A DNA stretch of 64,000 nt from Epiperipatus broadwayi (GCA_028023455.1 JAQFVV010000006.1:7936001-8000000); one strand, 5' to 3'; positions 1 to 12,494 are shown, counted from the first letter of the stretch. The notes: generated from the sequence alone by a model not told the origin. Numbers and translations are program-made.

Positions 1-935
1 TGATAAATGAAATAAAGAAAAGAAAGGGATTGATAAGAAATTAACAGTGTTTCTACATGATAAATATGATGTAGCTAGAATTGTATGATAAGGCATGGCA
101 GAAGCAGGGTTACCATATGGTAATGATGTTTTATGTGTTAGTAAAGAAGTGTTAGATTATGTAGAAAAATTACAAAGAGAAGTAGGAAGACATACATTAG
201 ATGCAGATGTGTGGACAGCAAAGGAGGCAATTCAAGGAGAAATGGGATGGACAAGTTTATATATGAAAGATGCAAAAAGCAAAATGAAAATGTTTGCATA
301 GATTGCAATTTGTGGATAATAAAAGAATAGCCAAAGTAATATATAATTGGGTTATGAGTAAAGGACAGGCAAGCAGATTTATGGGAAAGGTAGTACAGTA
401 TGCAGAAAATTTGGATAAAGAATTTGTGCACTTATACAAAAGGTGGGATGATTGTGTTAAGAGAATTCTTGAGTATTATAGTGGCAAGGAATAAGATAGA
501 AGAGCAAATGCCTTAAGAAAAAATAGGGAGTTGGAGAACTATTATAGAGAATAAAAAGTTTAAATATAAATAGAAGTAAACAGAATATTGGATGCGAGTT
601 AATTTACAATAATAGCAAGGAAAGTAGTTTATTAGTTAAGGCTCAAACAGGATCTATAGCAACATGAGAATATACACATAAATGGAAAAATATGGGTGAT
701 TTAGTTTGCAAGTTACTTAAGGAAGGCATAGGAAATATTAGGCATCTGTTAATTGAATGTAAATGCTTGCAAGCAGTAAGGATACAAATAATGAAATTGT
801 GGGAGAATAAATATAAACATAGTGATTTTACAGAAAATGGGTTCTTTGTTTTTATGCTAGGTTTGGGAAAAGATAAGGGGCATTTAGATATAAAGGCCAT
901 AGAGTTGACAAATATTATGTTGTGGAAATGAGATG
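1..935 (+). mobile_element. Degenerate non-LTR retrotransposon, C-terminal end of ORF2
   Basis: Broken ORFs at 95-301, 294-494 and 692-931 read AIQGEMGWTSL...RLQFVDNKRIAKVIYNW...IRHLLIECK...LGLGKDKGHLDIKAIELT. This resembles post-RT and zinc-knuckle regions of arthropod LINEs. Multiple stops and frameshifts; clade not assigned. Confidence 0.6.
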
Positions 936-1999
936 GAGCAGGAATAGAGAAGAATATGGGAAAAAAACTTAGGGTGAAAATGGAATGGGAATGGTAAGGT
1001 GGTTACCAGGTTTCTTTTGGGCATAGTGGTTGAGAGATTCCTAACACTGAAAAAGGAGAAACTATTGAGCATTGCATATAATTTTATCAAAAAAGGAAAT
1101 AATGAATTCCAATATGCTGTTACTTCATATAAATTACAATATCAACAAAACAGTCATATAAAACAGCTAATATACATGTACATTAATACAAGAAAACCCT
1201 TTTTCAGCACATGGTTTAATGTCTTTTTCAAATGAAAATTTGAAAGGGGTATTAAACCATCTTCCAAAAAAGGCTTTTTATGAATGATTAATATATATAT
1301 ATTAGCTGTTTTATATCAGTTTTTGTTGTTGTGGCTGTTGTTTTTGTAATTTATAGTTTTAAATGTTCATTTTTAATAGGAACTTTTTTTTTTTCTAACA
1401 AACATTTTTAATTCACTAAACTGTTTTCTTTTTGTTGCAGTTTGATAAAACATACATATATAAATATTTTTCAAACTTTAATTGTAGTTAATATTTATTA
1501 ATTATTCCTTATATTTAATAATCAACACACTAATTTTACTAATTTAAAAAATAGAAAATATATAAATGATTTAATATAGAGATACTTTTTTTAATTTTAG
1601 AAAACGTAAGTAAAAAATTCTTTGTATTACATATGTAGTCAGCATATATAAACAGACTATTACAGAAATACATTGTGTAAATGCTTTCTTTTTTAATAAA
1701 TACATTCAAAAATTAAATATGAATGTCTATTTTCAATTCCAAAATATTTTTCTCAAAAGATCAGTTAAAAATAAAAACAAGAATTGCTTAAGGAACAGTA
1801 CTTCCTTTGACTTTCAATAGACATTAAGAATGGATATTAAAGACAAAAGATAAAAATTATTAAAATGCCCCCCCCCCCAAACAAAATTAAATATGTAAAA
1901 AATAGATAGAAGATTGAATAAGTTGATGTTTATGGATGCTATTGCTTACGGACAAATAACTAATTTGAAAGAATCCTATTTAGATTATATTAAGATAAT

Positions 2000-2200
2000 A
2001 AACATCACATGATCACCATTGGATCCTAACATCTAGGTGCAGTGCTCTCAAATCCGAGGCTCCTCACTTATGAAGGTCACAAGCCAGAAACTAGTCTGGG
2101 GATATTGGATGAGTAGGCACTGGATGGGGATTTTATGCACAAGCCTTCTGGCATCCATTGATTACTCTAGCTTGCAGCGTGGCAATACGTATAGTGAGTT
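2000..2200 (+). mobile_element. Dispersed repeat family A (PLE-terminus-like) with degenerate hammerhead at 2063-2100
   Basis: Homologous to 8790-8895(-), 24945-25220, 25385-25660, 49838-50165 and 63489-63746. Motif ctca-CTTATGA-aggtcacaagcca-GAAA-CTAG-TC-tggg. Confidence 0.8.
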
Positions 2201-2590
2201 TTTTCCTGTTTTAATTATATTAAGATGATTTAATTCATTAGAAAAGCATGTGTTGATGTAAAAAAAGATAGTCTGCAACAATATCCTCACAATAACATAT
2301 CTGTCTTGGGCATCCAAAAAACCAAACAGATGATATATTATTTTTAAGAAATGTTATCTGTATAATTTCCAAGATATGATGATAACAGGCAACGTGTAAT
2401 GAAAATAAACTTTGACCAATTTATATACATATGGTTATTTGTTGTTTTCCTTTTCATTCTTGTTTGGAATAAATTGGCTGAAACATTTCTAACATTGGCT
2501 AAACAAAAGGTTTATTTTAAATATTTATTTTTATTAAATGTAATTGAATGTGCTTTCATCTTAAAAACCCATATTCGTAGCACTCACGTG

Positions 2591-3038
2591 TTGGCTGGGT
2601 AAGCTGCAGCATTTATCGATGCCATGAATGATGTTAGTGATAAACCATGATTCTTTCAAAAACTGGTTTATTTTAAATTATGGCAATGCTGCTTGCAAGG
2701 CAGTATGTTACAGGGAATTGAGGGCAAATATTTCCCCAAGAGTCTCACAAGATAAATATTTATACATGCGAGCAAAAAATAACTCAAATATAAAGCAGAT
2801 TTTTAGGAGCTTGAACAAAAATGTGGCCACAATTTCAACCCCAAAAACACCAATATTGTTTGCACAGAGTGAGATGAGAGAAAATAAAAAGTGGAAGAGA
2901 TTTGGCTTATCACTAATAACAGCCATATTGTCAACAAAAAAAGAGAACAATATCCAGTTCTCAAGTAAGTAAAATATTTCAATATATAATTTAAAAAATT
3001 AGTACTCCATCGATAAATATTGCAGCATACCCAGACAA
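2591..3038. mobile_element. Small element bounded by 29-bp inverted repeats (MITE-like)
   Basis: 2593-2621 and the reverse complement of 3008-3036 match at 25/29. The internal ORFs are not recognisable. Confidence 0.4.
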
Positions 3039-3218
3039 GTTACCAATGCCATGAATCTGATTTTCAAGCACTTAGCTATGTTTAATAAAAATAAATATAT
3101 ATAATAAACCAAACGTTAGGGCCAATTTATTATATCTATGGTTATAAGTAGCAAAGTTTATCAAAGTTGAATGTAGCATTTATAAGGGATGATTATTTTT
3201 TTTTACATAGATAATTAA

Positions 3219-3362
3219 ACACTGACAATGCCAGTAGCAGAAAACGGTCTGGGATTGGGGATATTCTCAAAGCTTGTTAAGAGTTTATTTTGCGAGCTCT
3301 ATATATTACATTTGTAAATACAAACTTATTAAATTAGGTCATGTGACATCTGACTTGATTTT
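3219..3362 (+). mobile_element. Family F PLE-terminus copy with degenerate hammerhead (3219-3253)
   Basis: Colinear with 55418-55560. Motif aca-CTGACAA-tgc cagta gca-GAAA-ACGG-TC-tggg. Confidence 0.75.
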
Positions 3363-3634
3363 TTTAAAAAATAATTAAACACTTTCTAAAATAATATTAT
3401 AGATGTCCAGAAAGTAAGCAAATAACCATATGGTTTGCCATTTGGAAATATGTATGATATCTGAGTAATAGAAATGCTGGGCTACCATCTATGAACCTTG
3501 AACTCTTAAATTTATTTATTTCTTACTATAAGGACAACTATCTACAGAAATATTTGGAGTAAATTTCCCATTTCATTTAATCTGGTGCAATTATATACCA
3601 ATATATATGGAAATATTTCCGGTTCATACTGCTA

Positions 3635-4190
3635 TCTGAAATAATTAGCAATATCATCTCAAACATTAAGAAATTTTCAGCTATGCCCTCTGTGAAAAAA
3701 ACAACTAGAGCTTGCATCTCAAAACAGCTACTTTAAAAAGGTACCTCTTTAAACTATAAGTGGCAAATATCTTAAATATTGAAATGTGGATTAATTCAAA
3801 CAGAGAGTGTGAAATTACAGAGGGCGTAGCTGAAAAATTCTTAACATTTGAGGTGATTTGATATTTATTTCCGATAGCGATATGCACTAGATATATATAT
3901 ATCTGTGTCTGGGAGTTTCAAAGATTAAAAATGACTAACGTTTAGTCTGTTTTTGTGTAGGCATAGTAAACATGTTTGTTTACTAGCAATTTAAAGATCA
4001 TTGCTTATGTAATTTCACACTCTCTATTTGAATTAATGGGTGTTTCAATATTTAATATCTTTGTAACCTATAGTTTACATACCTTTTTGAATTAACCATT
4101 TTGGGATGTGGATTCTAAACATTTATTTCACAGAGAACTTAGCCGAAAATTTCTTAACGTTTGAGGTTATTTGATATTATATATTAAGCA
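3635..4190. repeat. Nested inverted and direct repeat block
   Basis: 3640-3695 is inverted relative to 3813-3870. 3770-3820 is inverted relative to 4008-4055. 4125-4180 is a direct copy of 3813-3870. Confidence 0.5.
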
Positions 4191-4200
4191 ATATATACTT

Positions 4201-5188
4201 TGTTGTATCCGCCAGTCTGACTGTGCCAATGTTATATATGCACGTATGACTGTGCGGTCAGCAAATAACTATGTTCAATTCCCACGATGTTCTCTTGCAA
4301 TGACTGCTCTGCTGTGGATGCTCTCCAATGAATGGTCTGCAATGAATGCTATGAATACACTGTGTATTCTCTGCAACGGATGCTCTCCAAAAAATGGTCT
4401 GCAATGAATTCTCTGCCACGGATGCTTTCCAATGAACGGTCTGCACCGAATGCTCTGCAATGGATGCTCTCCAATGAATGGTCTGCAACGAATGCTCACC
4501 AACGAATGGTCTGCAAATGGATGCTCTTCAACGAATGGTCTGCAACGAGTCTATTTCTACAGTTCACTAAAGTTCAATTCCCACGATGTTCCTTCAGGCT
4601 GGCTGCTACAAAAACGGTTCACAATGGACATACCTTAGCCCCAGTCCAGTTTAGCTGTAAACGAACTCTTCGTAGCAAGCACTGCGACTGACCTTAAGCT
4701 CTTTACAGCTTCCGTCTCTGCAACAGTCTACTTCACTTGAAAACCGTTGGAAACTCAACTCTTTATTCATCTGCTATCCAGATGGTTTCCTCAGGCTGTG
4801 GTCTCCTTCAGCTATGCCAGTGAACTACATTTCCACTGGGCGCTGGACATTAACCGCAAGCGCTGATGCTAGATATCTCCTACTGGAATTGAACAGTAAC
4901 TCTACTGTAGATGCACTCAATACTGCCTATTCAAATACTGCATAATTCTTACCCAGTCTTATCGCTTTTTGATAATAGCAACAATCAATTCATTGTCCAA
5001 TAAGGTACGGTCTCTTATCCAGAAATATTTGCAATCGGCAAATATTTCTTGGAATTGTCGATCGCCATTACGTCAATGCCTTAATTAAATTCCTCAGTTA
5101 TCAGAGTGTGATCTAAAAACAAGCTCTCGAATAAATTCTAGTTTTTCCGGAGTGCACAAACATGTCTGCCATTTTTACAAACAGTACA
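4201..5188 (+). mobile_element. Putative solo LTR
   Basis: Starts TGT and ends ACA. Flanked by the 5-bp direct repeat TACTT (4196-4200 and 5189-5193). AATAAA lies about 55 bp from the 3' end. Richer in GC and CpG than the flanks. Confidence 0.6.
4296..4550. repeat. Minisatellite inside the solo LTR (about 42-bp higher-order unit built from CTGCAATGRATG-like subunits)
   Basis: Unit ctctgcaacggatgctctccaatgaatggtctgcaatgaatg. Bracketed by the duplicated motif gttcaattcccacgatgttc (about 4273 and 4573). Confidence 0.9.
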
Positions 5189-5444
5189 TACTTTAAAAGA
5201 TCAAATTTCAATATTAAAATTTGTCCATAATTTTATTTTAAATTGATTATTTTTAACCAATATATATATACATAATGCTCAAAAGTAGATAGGTTTTTTA
5301 ATGTTTGTATTGTTTAAGTGTATACCGCTTTCATGTATTATTTATATATAAATAATACTTTGATTTACAAGCGTCAAACTTTCCATACTCATAACTTTGG
5401 CACCAACTATTTTAGATAAATACTTTAGTAATTACTACTAATCA

Positions 5445-5590
5445 TTTATAAATTTATTTAAACCCACATTGATTACATAAGTAATATTTACTAAGGTTTT
5501 AACCTCAAGAATATGAGTGTAAAAATGCGATATTAGGGACCTCTACAGGTCTTAACCACAAGCTTATGCTTAGTTCGAACATAAATTTTA
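5445..5590. repeat. Dispersed repeat family J (also 7115-7180 and 10640-10830)
   Basis: Shared taagtaatatttactaagg and gacctcta..ggtcttaaccacaagctta blocks. The 10667-10788 copy has about 20-bp inverted arms. Confidence 0.6.
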
Positions 5591-6379
5591 AACCTCACTT
5601 AAAGATTAAAACATCTATTTCTATAATTAACATAATGAATACATAGAATATCTCAATTTCATCTCTCTTTTTCCATGAATAATATCTTTTCAAGGTATAT
5701 TTAAAACTTCAATCCCAACACATCCTTGAATCATAAGAAACTAATAAAGATATGTGTAAGGAGTTATGACCTGAGCTAAACTAAAAAATGATGCTTTAGC
5801 ATGAAAATTCAAGAAAGTACGGTGGCATGGAAATTTTAACCATGTCTATATATATATTAATCAAGTGACTGTGTCTTAATATATACTTGTTAGAAAAAGA
5901 TTTACAAGATAAAAAATAAAATATTTCTATATTTAAAAAAAAAATGTTATCAAATCACTGTTTATATATTGAGAGAGATTTATAGAGACTGGATTAAGGA
6001 TTACGACACGAACACATGAAACATATGCAGTATAAAAATGTCTTTTTTTTTAGAAAAAGATAAAATTTTGTAATCAGAATAATCACACGCACACACGAAA
6101 TCAGAAATCACACATATGAATGTATAAAAGAAATATATATATATATATAAACAAAACAGATATTAAAAAAAGTATATATATGCTGTCTGACCAAATGTAG
6201 TTTGGGTTAACTAGAACTTAACCAAATAATGATGCTAAATTATTATCAATAGTATACAATGGCAAAAGGTGATAATGCTTACTTCCCTTTTCTTCGGCAT
6301 CTATGAAAAATACTATTTAATTCCAGAGAATTTCAATCCAGCAATTATTAAGTAAATAGGTTGTTTATAGCTCAACCTC

Positions 6380-6700
6380 CAAATTGTTTAATTAATATAT
6401 ATTAAGACTTAATGATTTCGGGGAATAAATACATGGGTGAGGGACCTAAGCCTTCTAATGATGACTATCCATTTCTCTTTGTATGTTCTGGACCACACAC
6501 CACTTTACTGCTCATCTTCTATTTACATATATTCGTGTACATCAGAAATACCAAAGATCTCCATACAGCCACAACTTACTTTAGTTTAGGCATCCAGTTG
6601 GAAACAATACATTGGAATAATATCCATAGTATGCAATATCAAATTCTTGGAGTCAGTTAAAGAGCAAATGTACACCCCAAAATATAGGTGGTGGCTATAA
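6380..6700 (-). mobile_element. Possible highly degenerate CR1-like LINE C-terminal remnant
   Basis: Minus-strand fragments PRI*YC...SNWMPKLK and SSKVVCG...SLEGLG weakly echo CR1 motifs. Many stops. Confidence 0.3.
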
Positions 6701-7258
6701 AATTGCACTTATCCATATCAAAAGACCATAACGCTAGAAAAAGGAAAGTAGAAATGACAACATGAAAAATATCAGAAAGATGCTTCTTAAAATGGTTAAA
6801 AAAATAGATAAACATTTGTGGTCTTTGCTAACATAAGATATAAATATATTATATTTGGGTGTAATGTCAGAAGAAAAAAATGGCAGAATGTGGCTGAGCA
6901 TGAACAGGGTTAACAACGCCGCCACCCTTGGACCTCAAGTCAGAAATAGTATGTGTGAGAATTCCAGAATTGGATTTGGTGTCAAGACATTGCACTTAAC
7001 ATCCTGGTTTTCAAACATTCTTCTAAAACATTCTATGCCTTCTCTTAAATAAAGTCTGATGACAATGATTTGTTAATTTTCAAATGTTTAATTAAATACT
7101 TTACCAAAATCAATTATAATTATAAATTTATTAAACGCACATTGACTATGTAAGTAATATTTACTGAGGCTATAACCTCAATTATATAATTCAAATGAGA
7201 CAAGACTTACTCACTTTGGTAACATTATCATTAAATGAATATATTAATAAATCAATTA

Positions 7259-8612
7259 CACCCGAGTCTCATTTTATGCGGATTTATTTAACGCAGTTTT
7301 GAAGTTATGCGATTCATGCTTTTTCTTAATATTTTGTATGCATTTTTCTTTTATGCGATAAAAATTATTAGATCAAAAGTCCAGCTCCGATAATGCATTA
7401 TTACTTTAAATATTATAAATTTCACACACTCACATGTCATATTAAAAGTAACAGCTCATTATCGGAGTTCAACTTCTATCTAATAATTTCAATATTTTCA
7501 GCGCTTTATAACAGTACTGTAATAGATTTTATGCAATAAAGAAGTTCTTAATTCACTTAAAATCAGGATTTCTATATACACACAGTAAATTTTACAAGAT
7601 TATAATGTAAATCTGTTCAAATGTTATAGGTATCTATACTATGCACGTTGTTGTTTTTGCATTTTAAATCACATTCTATTTTTGCTTTTTAAAAAAAGAG
7701 TACGTAATCAATTAATCATTTAGGGTCCGCAAGTTTATTTTTAAAAGGTGAATAACAGTGGTAGGCACAATTAAATTTGACAATTAAAAATTAGAATCTG
7801 ATTTTTAATTGTAATTAATTTAAAAACTATGTAAAGTGATCTGAAATTATTTTGATATGAAACAATGAAATTTGATTTTTAAACGGAATTGAAAATTAAA
7901 GACAAAAATGAGAATTTCATTTTTAATTATTAGGTTTAATTAAATTTTTCCCAATAGTGGTGAGTAGATGTCTTTTTATTATTGTAAGTCTAGGTTCGTA
8001 TTTTTATTTTAAACTTTTAGTTTACCCTAATGGAGAAAAAAAACACCCAAGAAAACGAATTTCTTTGGAAACAAAAATTTCAATTTTAGATCGCTTAGCA
8101 AAATGGAAATATCAACAGCAATTGGAAAACATTTTAGTTTAGGCGAATCCACTATAAAAGCAATTAAAAAATGAAGTTGGCACTAGTTGTACTTTCTCTT
8201 GTGATGTGTCTGATGTCTTATTATTCATAAACAAATCTGCATATCGTTAAATAGCGATAATGATTAAAATACTGTACATTTATGAAAAAATGAAAAATAC
8301 TATAAATTATACATAAAAATTTATTGTTTTGAATAAAATTAAATACTGTAGTTAATGAAGAAAGTAAAAAAGTTTGCCTTGTATCAATTTTTTTTCAAAT
8401 TTGAAATTTTTTATTAGTCATATTTTATTTCCTTATTTTTTTTTATGCAAATTTTTAAGTAATTTTACATTGTTGCTTTGCTTTTATGCAATTTTTGAAA
8501 ATTACAGTACCTATCCTCCATTTTTCAAGGTAAATTAGGTATATTTTTGTGCAATTTCTTTTATGCGCATTTTCTGAAGAACCTATCTATTGCATAAAAC
8601 AAGATCTAGGTG
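7259..8612 (+). mobile_element. Non-autonomous Tigger/pogo DNA transposon
   Basis: TA TSDs at 7257-58 and 8613-14. Imperfect TIRs CACCCGAGTCTCATTTTATGC and GCATAAAACAAGATCTAGGTG. Frameshifted CENP-B-type HTH RKRISLETKISILDRLAK/EISTAIGKHFSLGESTIKAIKK at about 8050-8175. Confidence 0.8.
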
Positions 8613-8789
8613 TATTAGATTTAGACGTACATTTTAAAATTAATTATAGATTAATATATTTTATTTTATTAAATACAACCCCATAATGGCATTAACAAAT
8701 TCTTCTATTCTCACTACTTTCATGCCATCTAGTGGAAAATTTAGAATCAACAAATGCCAGATGGTAGTGCTTACATTCTTATCCAGGGT

Positions 8790-8895
8790 TATTCTATCCG
8801 AACATCCCCAGACTAGTTTCTAGCTTGTGGCATTCATTAGTGAAGTTCTTCTTGAATCATTAGTAACTAATGCACCTTTCCTCTAGCTGCCTTTT
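8790..8895 (-). mobile_element. Family A copy with hammerhead remnant (8806-8843)
   Basis: Minus strand reads ttca-CTAATGA-atgccacaagcta-GAAA-CTAG-TC-tggg. Confidence 0.75.
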
Positions 8896-9438
8896 TTAAA
8901 TTTTTGTTATACTATCACGCTACTACTCTAAACTGAAAAACTTGTTAATTCTTTCAATCTAAGGCTGTATGCATAGATGATGTAAAAGTAGTGAGAGTAG
9001 AGAAATTTGCTAATGATAGCAATGTGTGAGCTCAAGTCATGTGATGTCTTAGAAGGTGTAATTAATTTAATTTCTTTAACTTTACCCCCTCCCATGTTAT
9101 ATAAACTTTCAACTGCTAAGGACATCGGGGAAGAAAGTAAATGGTCAAGATAAATTTTTGGCTAAAACAAATCCTCAATTGTCCCAAATTACTAAGACCT
9201 AGGCTGAGTAATGAGTGCTAGTTCCAACAGAAATGCATCTTGGGGGGTCATTTGTCTATTGCTGATGCTTTTTATTCATATGAGTGAAGTGTGCACAGTA
9301 AAGTAGATTATAAATTTTATCTCAATTGACCCTGAAAAATAATGTAATGAGATGGATAGTATTATTTGTATGCCATTATTTATGAGATGATCCTTAATTA
9401 CTCCTACCTCTATAAACAAATTTCCTCTAATATGTAAT

Positions 9439-9735
9439 CGGGATTCTAACTCAGACTTTCACACGACCCACAACTCTCAGTGCCATCTTGATCACACACA
9501 TGTTGAAAAGATAAATAATCACCAATATACATATTTCATGCTAATTCAGCACTCATCAGTCGGTCCAGATTACCATCTCCACACATATATACAATCAGGC
9601 TTCTGGGTGCTGGTTTAGCACGAAATACGGATATTGATGATTATTTATCTTTTCAACATGTGTGTGATCAGGTGGGTCAGCAATATAAGATGGTACTGAG
9701 AGTAGTGGCTCGTGTGAAAATCTGTTCGAATCCCG
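9439..9735. mobile_element. Family B fold-back (inverted PLE termini)
   Basis: 9439-9556 is the reverse complement of 9606-9735, apart from one short insertion. Confidence 0.8.
9522..9563 (-). ncRNA. Type I hammerhead ribozyme motif, family B, intact core
   Basis: ccga-CUGAUGA-gugcu gaauu agcau-GAAA-uaugua-U-A-uugg. Stems I, II and III can all form. Confidence 0.75.
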
Positions 9736-11025
9736 CAAATACAGGTTTAAGCCTGTACAATGTATCCAATATATAATGTAAAATTATGAATAGATAACAA
9801 ACTTGTATTGTTTGTTCACTCCTTGCTAAAACTGAATAAGATATTATTTTCAAATGTTTGCTTTTGAGTGGCATTACTTCAAAGAACAGCCAACAGTTCT
9901 TGCCAAGAAAAAAAAAAAAGTAAAAGATCAGATTTGTTTCAACAAAAGGATTATCTATCAATGCAGTACATTTTTCTAAAACTAGATCTTTGAAATAAAA
10001 TAAAGATTGCCAATGGAAACTTCTTAACACATTTACTATTATTTTCGTAAAACGAAATCAAAATTCATTTACATATTTCCACTAATATCGTATTTCCATT
10101 AAAAGATTTGCTAAATAAGAGACTTCGTAAAAATATTGATTCTTATATTTCATTGCATGACTAATTGAACATATACAGTCGTGTTGACATTAAGTAAATT
10201 TCTAACATACACAAATACAAATTATCTAAATACACACAAATTACCCTACTATTTAAATACAGTATATCGATATTTTTTTTTCTATAAAAAAAAAAAAATC
10301 TCAAAATAACTTCATATACAATTTATTAAACTATCAAATAAAACTCGATCTATAATTTTAAAAAAAATGTTACAAAAGCAAATAATTCTTCTGATGTTAT
10401 ATAACTTGAAGTGAAGTCAAATGTTTAAAAGTGATTTATGATCAAAACTAATCTCTTCAGGACCCCTCTCTTTTCACATGTCTTGAGATGGCCAATCTCC
10501 ACACCAATGTGGAAAGTTCGTTCTTGCAAAAATATCACTAATGTAATCTATTTTAGTTAAAGCTTGAATGATTAATTTAATAATCCTAAATTTTAGTAAA
10601 ATTTATTTCTTCTTATGAACCTCTAAGCAATAAGGCCCTTCGATTATATATTTATAATAGTTCATTAAGTAATATTTACTAAGGCATATGCGTCTGAAAA
10701 ATGCGAAGGTAGAGACCTCTATGGGTCTTAACCACAAGCTTACGCTTTGGAAGAAAAGAAGTTACAGCCTTAGTTAAATATTACTTAATATAATAATGTG
10801 CGTTTAAAATAAATTTATAGTTCATTAATATATATGAAAGAGTTGCATAATACTCATTTTTCCAAATAACTTTGTGTGATCATATCAGTATGTAAATATA
10901 AAGTAATGTAAATACATGAAATGAACTAAAGCTATATAAAATCTCCCCGCTGACATTTTTGCCTGAGGCATTGTGGTGATGATATTTTAGGTGCGTTAAT
11001 ATGTTGGACTATTTCCATCATCTTT

Positions 11026-11545
11026 GGCGGGATGGCTCAGTTGGTTAGAGCGTTGCTTTAAAATTCAATACTCAAGTCAGGCCAGCAACACCTGAAGAAG
11101 AGGGGAGAATAATACCTCTCAAGACATTGTGCATACACTAACCTGTTTGGTATGCTGTTGCTAACAGTTGAAGGTATTTGGAATATTTAAATAAAGTTAA
11201 ATTTTTCTAGAGACATTCAATACCCATATTAGATGATGAAAATAATCCAATATAAAAATGCAACTAAAATACCATCATCACAAACCTTCAGGAAACTCTA
11301 TCATTAAATGTTGAATGTCTAGAAAATTTTAAACTTTATTTACACTTTTCCAAATATAAACAACTGTTTGTAATAACACACTATTAGATAACATAGGTCA
11401 GTAGAGTGTGCAACATTTCAAGCGGTATTCTCTGTTCTTCTTCAGTTTTGCTGCCCTAATTTGAGACAATGCTAGTATAGGAGTTTAATTTAACCTTTAA
11501 ATTCTTGAATATTGACTTTTAACGCATCCTGCTAACCAACTGAAT
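11026..11545. mobile_element. Family H fold-back: tRNA-like head followed by a degenerate hammerhead, in inverted pair
   Basis: A-box-like TGGCTCAGTTGGTTAGAGCG at 11033, with an inverted copy at 11521-11543 and a third head at about 11550. CTGAAGA-stem II motifs at 11092(+) and about 11445(-). The arms also match at 11180-11225 and 11310-11355. Tail copy at about 36400-36520. Confidence 0.65.
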
Positions 11546-12094
11546 AGAATAGCTCAATTGATTTAGAGTGTTGCCTTCAATTCCAATATTCAAGAATCTA
11601 AAGATGTAACTTCTTAATTTAAAATATATTTTTTTATATATGACAGAAAGATTTAGCAACAAATTGAAAAACATTTACGTGGATTTTAAAACAAACATAT
11701 AACAAATTGAAAAACATTTAAGTGGATTTTAAAAAAAAGCTGCTTCAAAATAGCTCTTGAAAGAAATCCTTCTTGAAGGATTCAATGCTCTTACCACCGA
11801 TCTTTTTTTTTTTTTTTTCATGACTTTGACCGCTGATGTTCCTAGACACTGTCATCACACTTGAATAATGTAAAATCACTGTAAAAATATGCAAAATCTT
11901 TCATTTTTTTTCTTCCAGAGAATCATCAATTTTGCACAAAGGCTCTAAGCTCTTCCAGAATCTACTTTTTCCCTCTATATATCCTATGATGATCCTAGCT
12001 TACATTTAAAATCAGCATTAACAGCACTACCTGCTCCAATCAAGCATCCAGGGTAAAATAAAATATAAATTAATAGAAAGGCCCCATGTTGTAG

Positions 12095-12367
12095 GTGTTT
12101 AAATCTGGGTTCATAATTTTTCTTTTGGGTAGCCTACCCATAGCCTATATAAATGCCAAAACTCAAACTGATGCCAAATCAATCTTCTATGAGCACAAAT
12201 CTAACCTTAGCCATACCTTCAAACCTATATCTGGCCATGTCATCTGCTCTGAATATAATATTTCCAAGCAGAAGATCAGAGAAGCCTGGCACATTGCCAC
12301 AGATAAATGTGCAATTAACAAAAAAGTTTCATGTGTTCCCCATTCAAAATATGGGCAATATTTATAA
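12095..12367 (+). pseudogene. Penelope-like GIY-YIG endonuclease, C-terminal remnant
   Basis: SIFYEHKSNLSH...VICSEYNISKQKIREAWHIATDKCAINKK aligns by eye with SIFAIHQKSAGH...IICRERNDIKRKVKEACFIAIDDKAMNRK of ORF 54255-55010. Confidence 0.75.
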
Positions 12368-12447
12368 CTTACTTGCTATTCAGATATGCAAATTTTCCAT
12401 TATGTTTCATCTTTAATAAATGGCACAATTTTCTTTTGACTGTCAAT

Positions 12448-12494
12448 GCCATGATTATGACTATTATGATTAAGTAGTCAAAAGTGCACTAGGG
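12448..12494 (+). ncRNA. Hammerhead variant, family G (A3-U8 core), degenerate
   Basis: gcc-ATGATTA-T-gacta ttatgattaag tagtc-AAAA-gtgcac-T-A-gg, about 80 nt after the GIY-YIG stop codon. Confidence 0.6.

Noticed and set aside
2628-2972. 114-aa ORF
   Set aside because: No recognisable motif; it lies inside a small TIR-bounded repeat.
4296-4550. CRISPR-like array
   Set aside because: The units are contiguous degenerate tandem copies with no unique spacers. The context is eukaryotic and has no cas genes.
4171-4691. Five overlapping repetitive ORFs on both strands
   Set aside because: They are a by-product of a minisatellite whose period is a multiple of 3, inside an LTR-like unit, not real genes.
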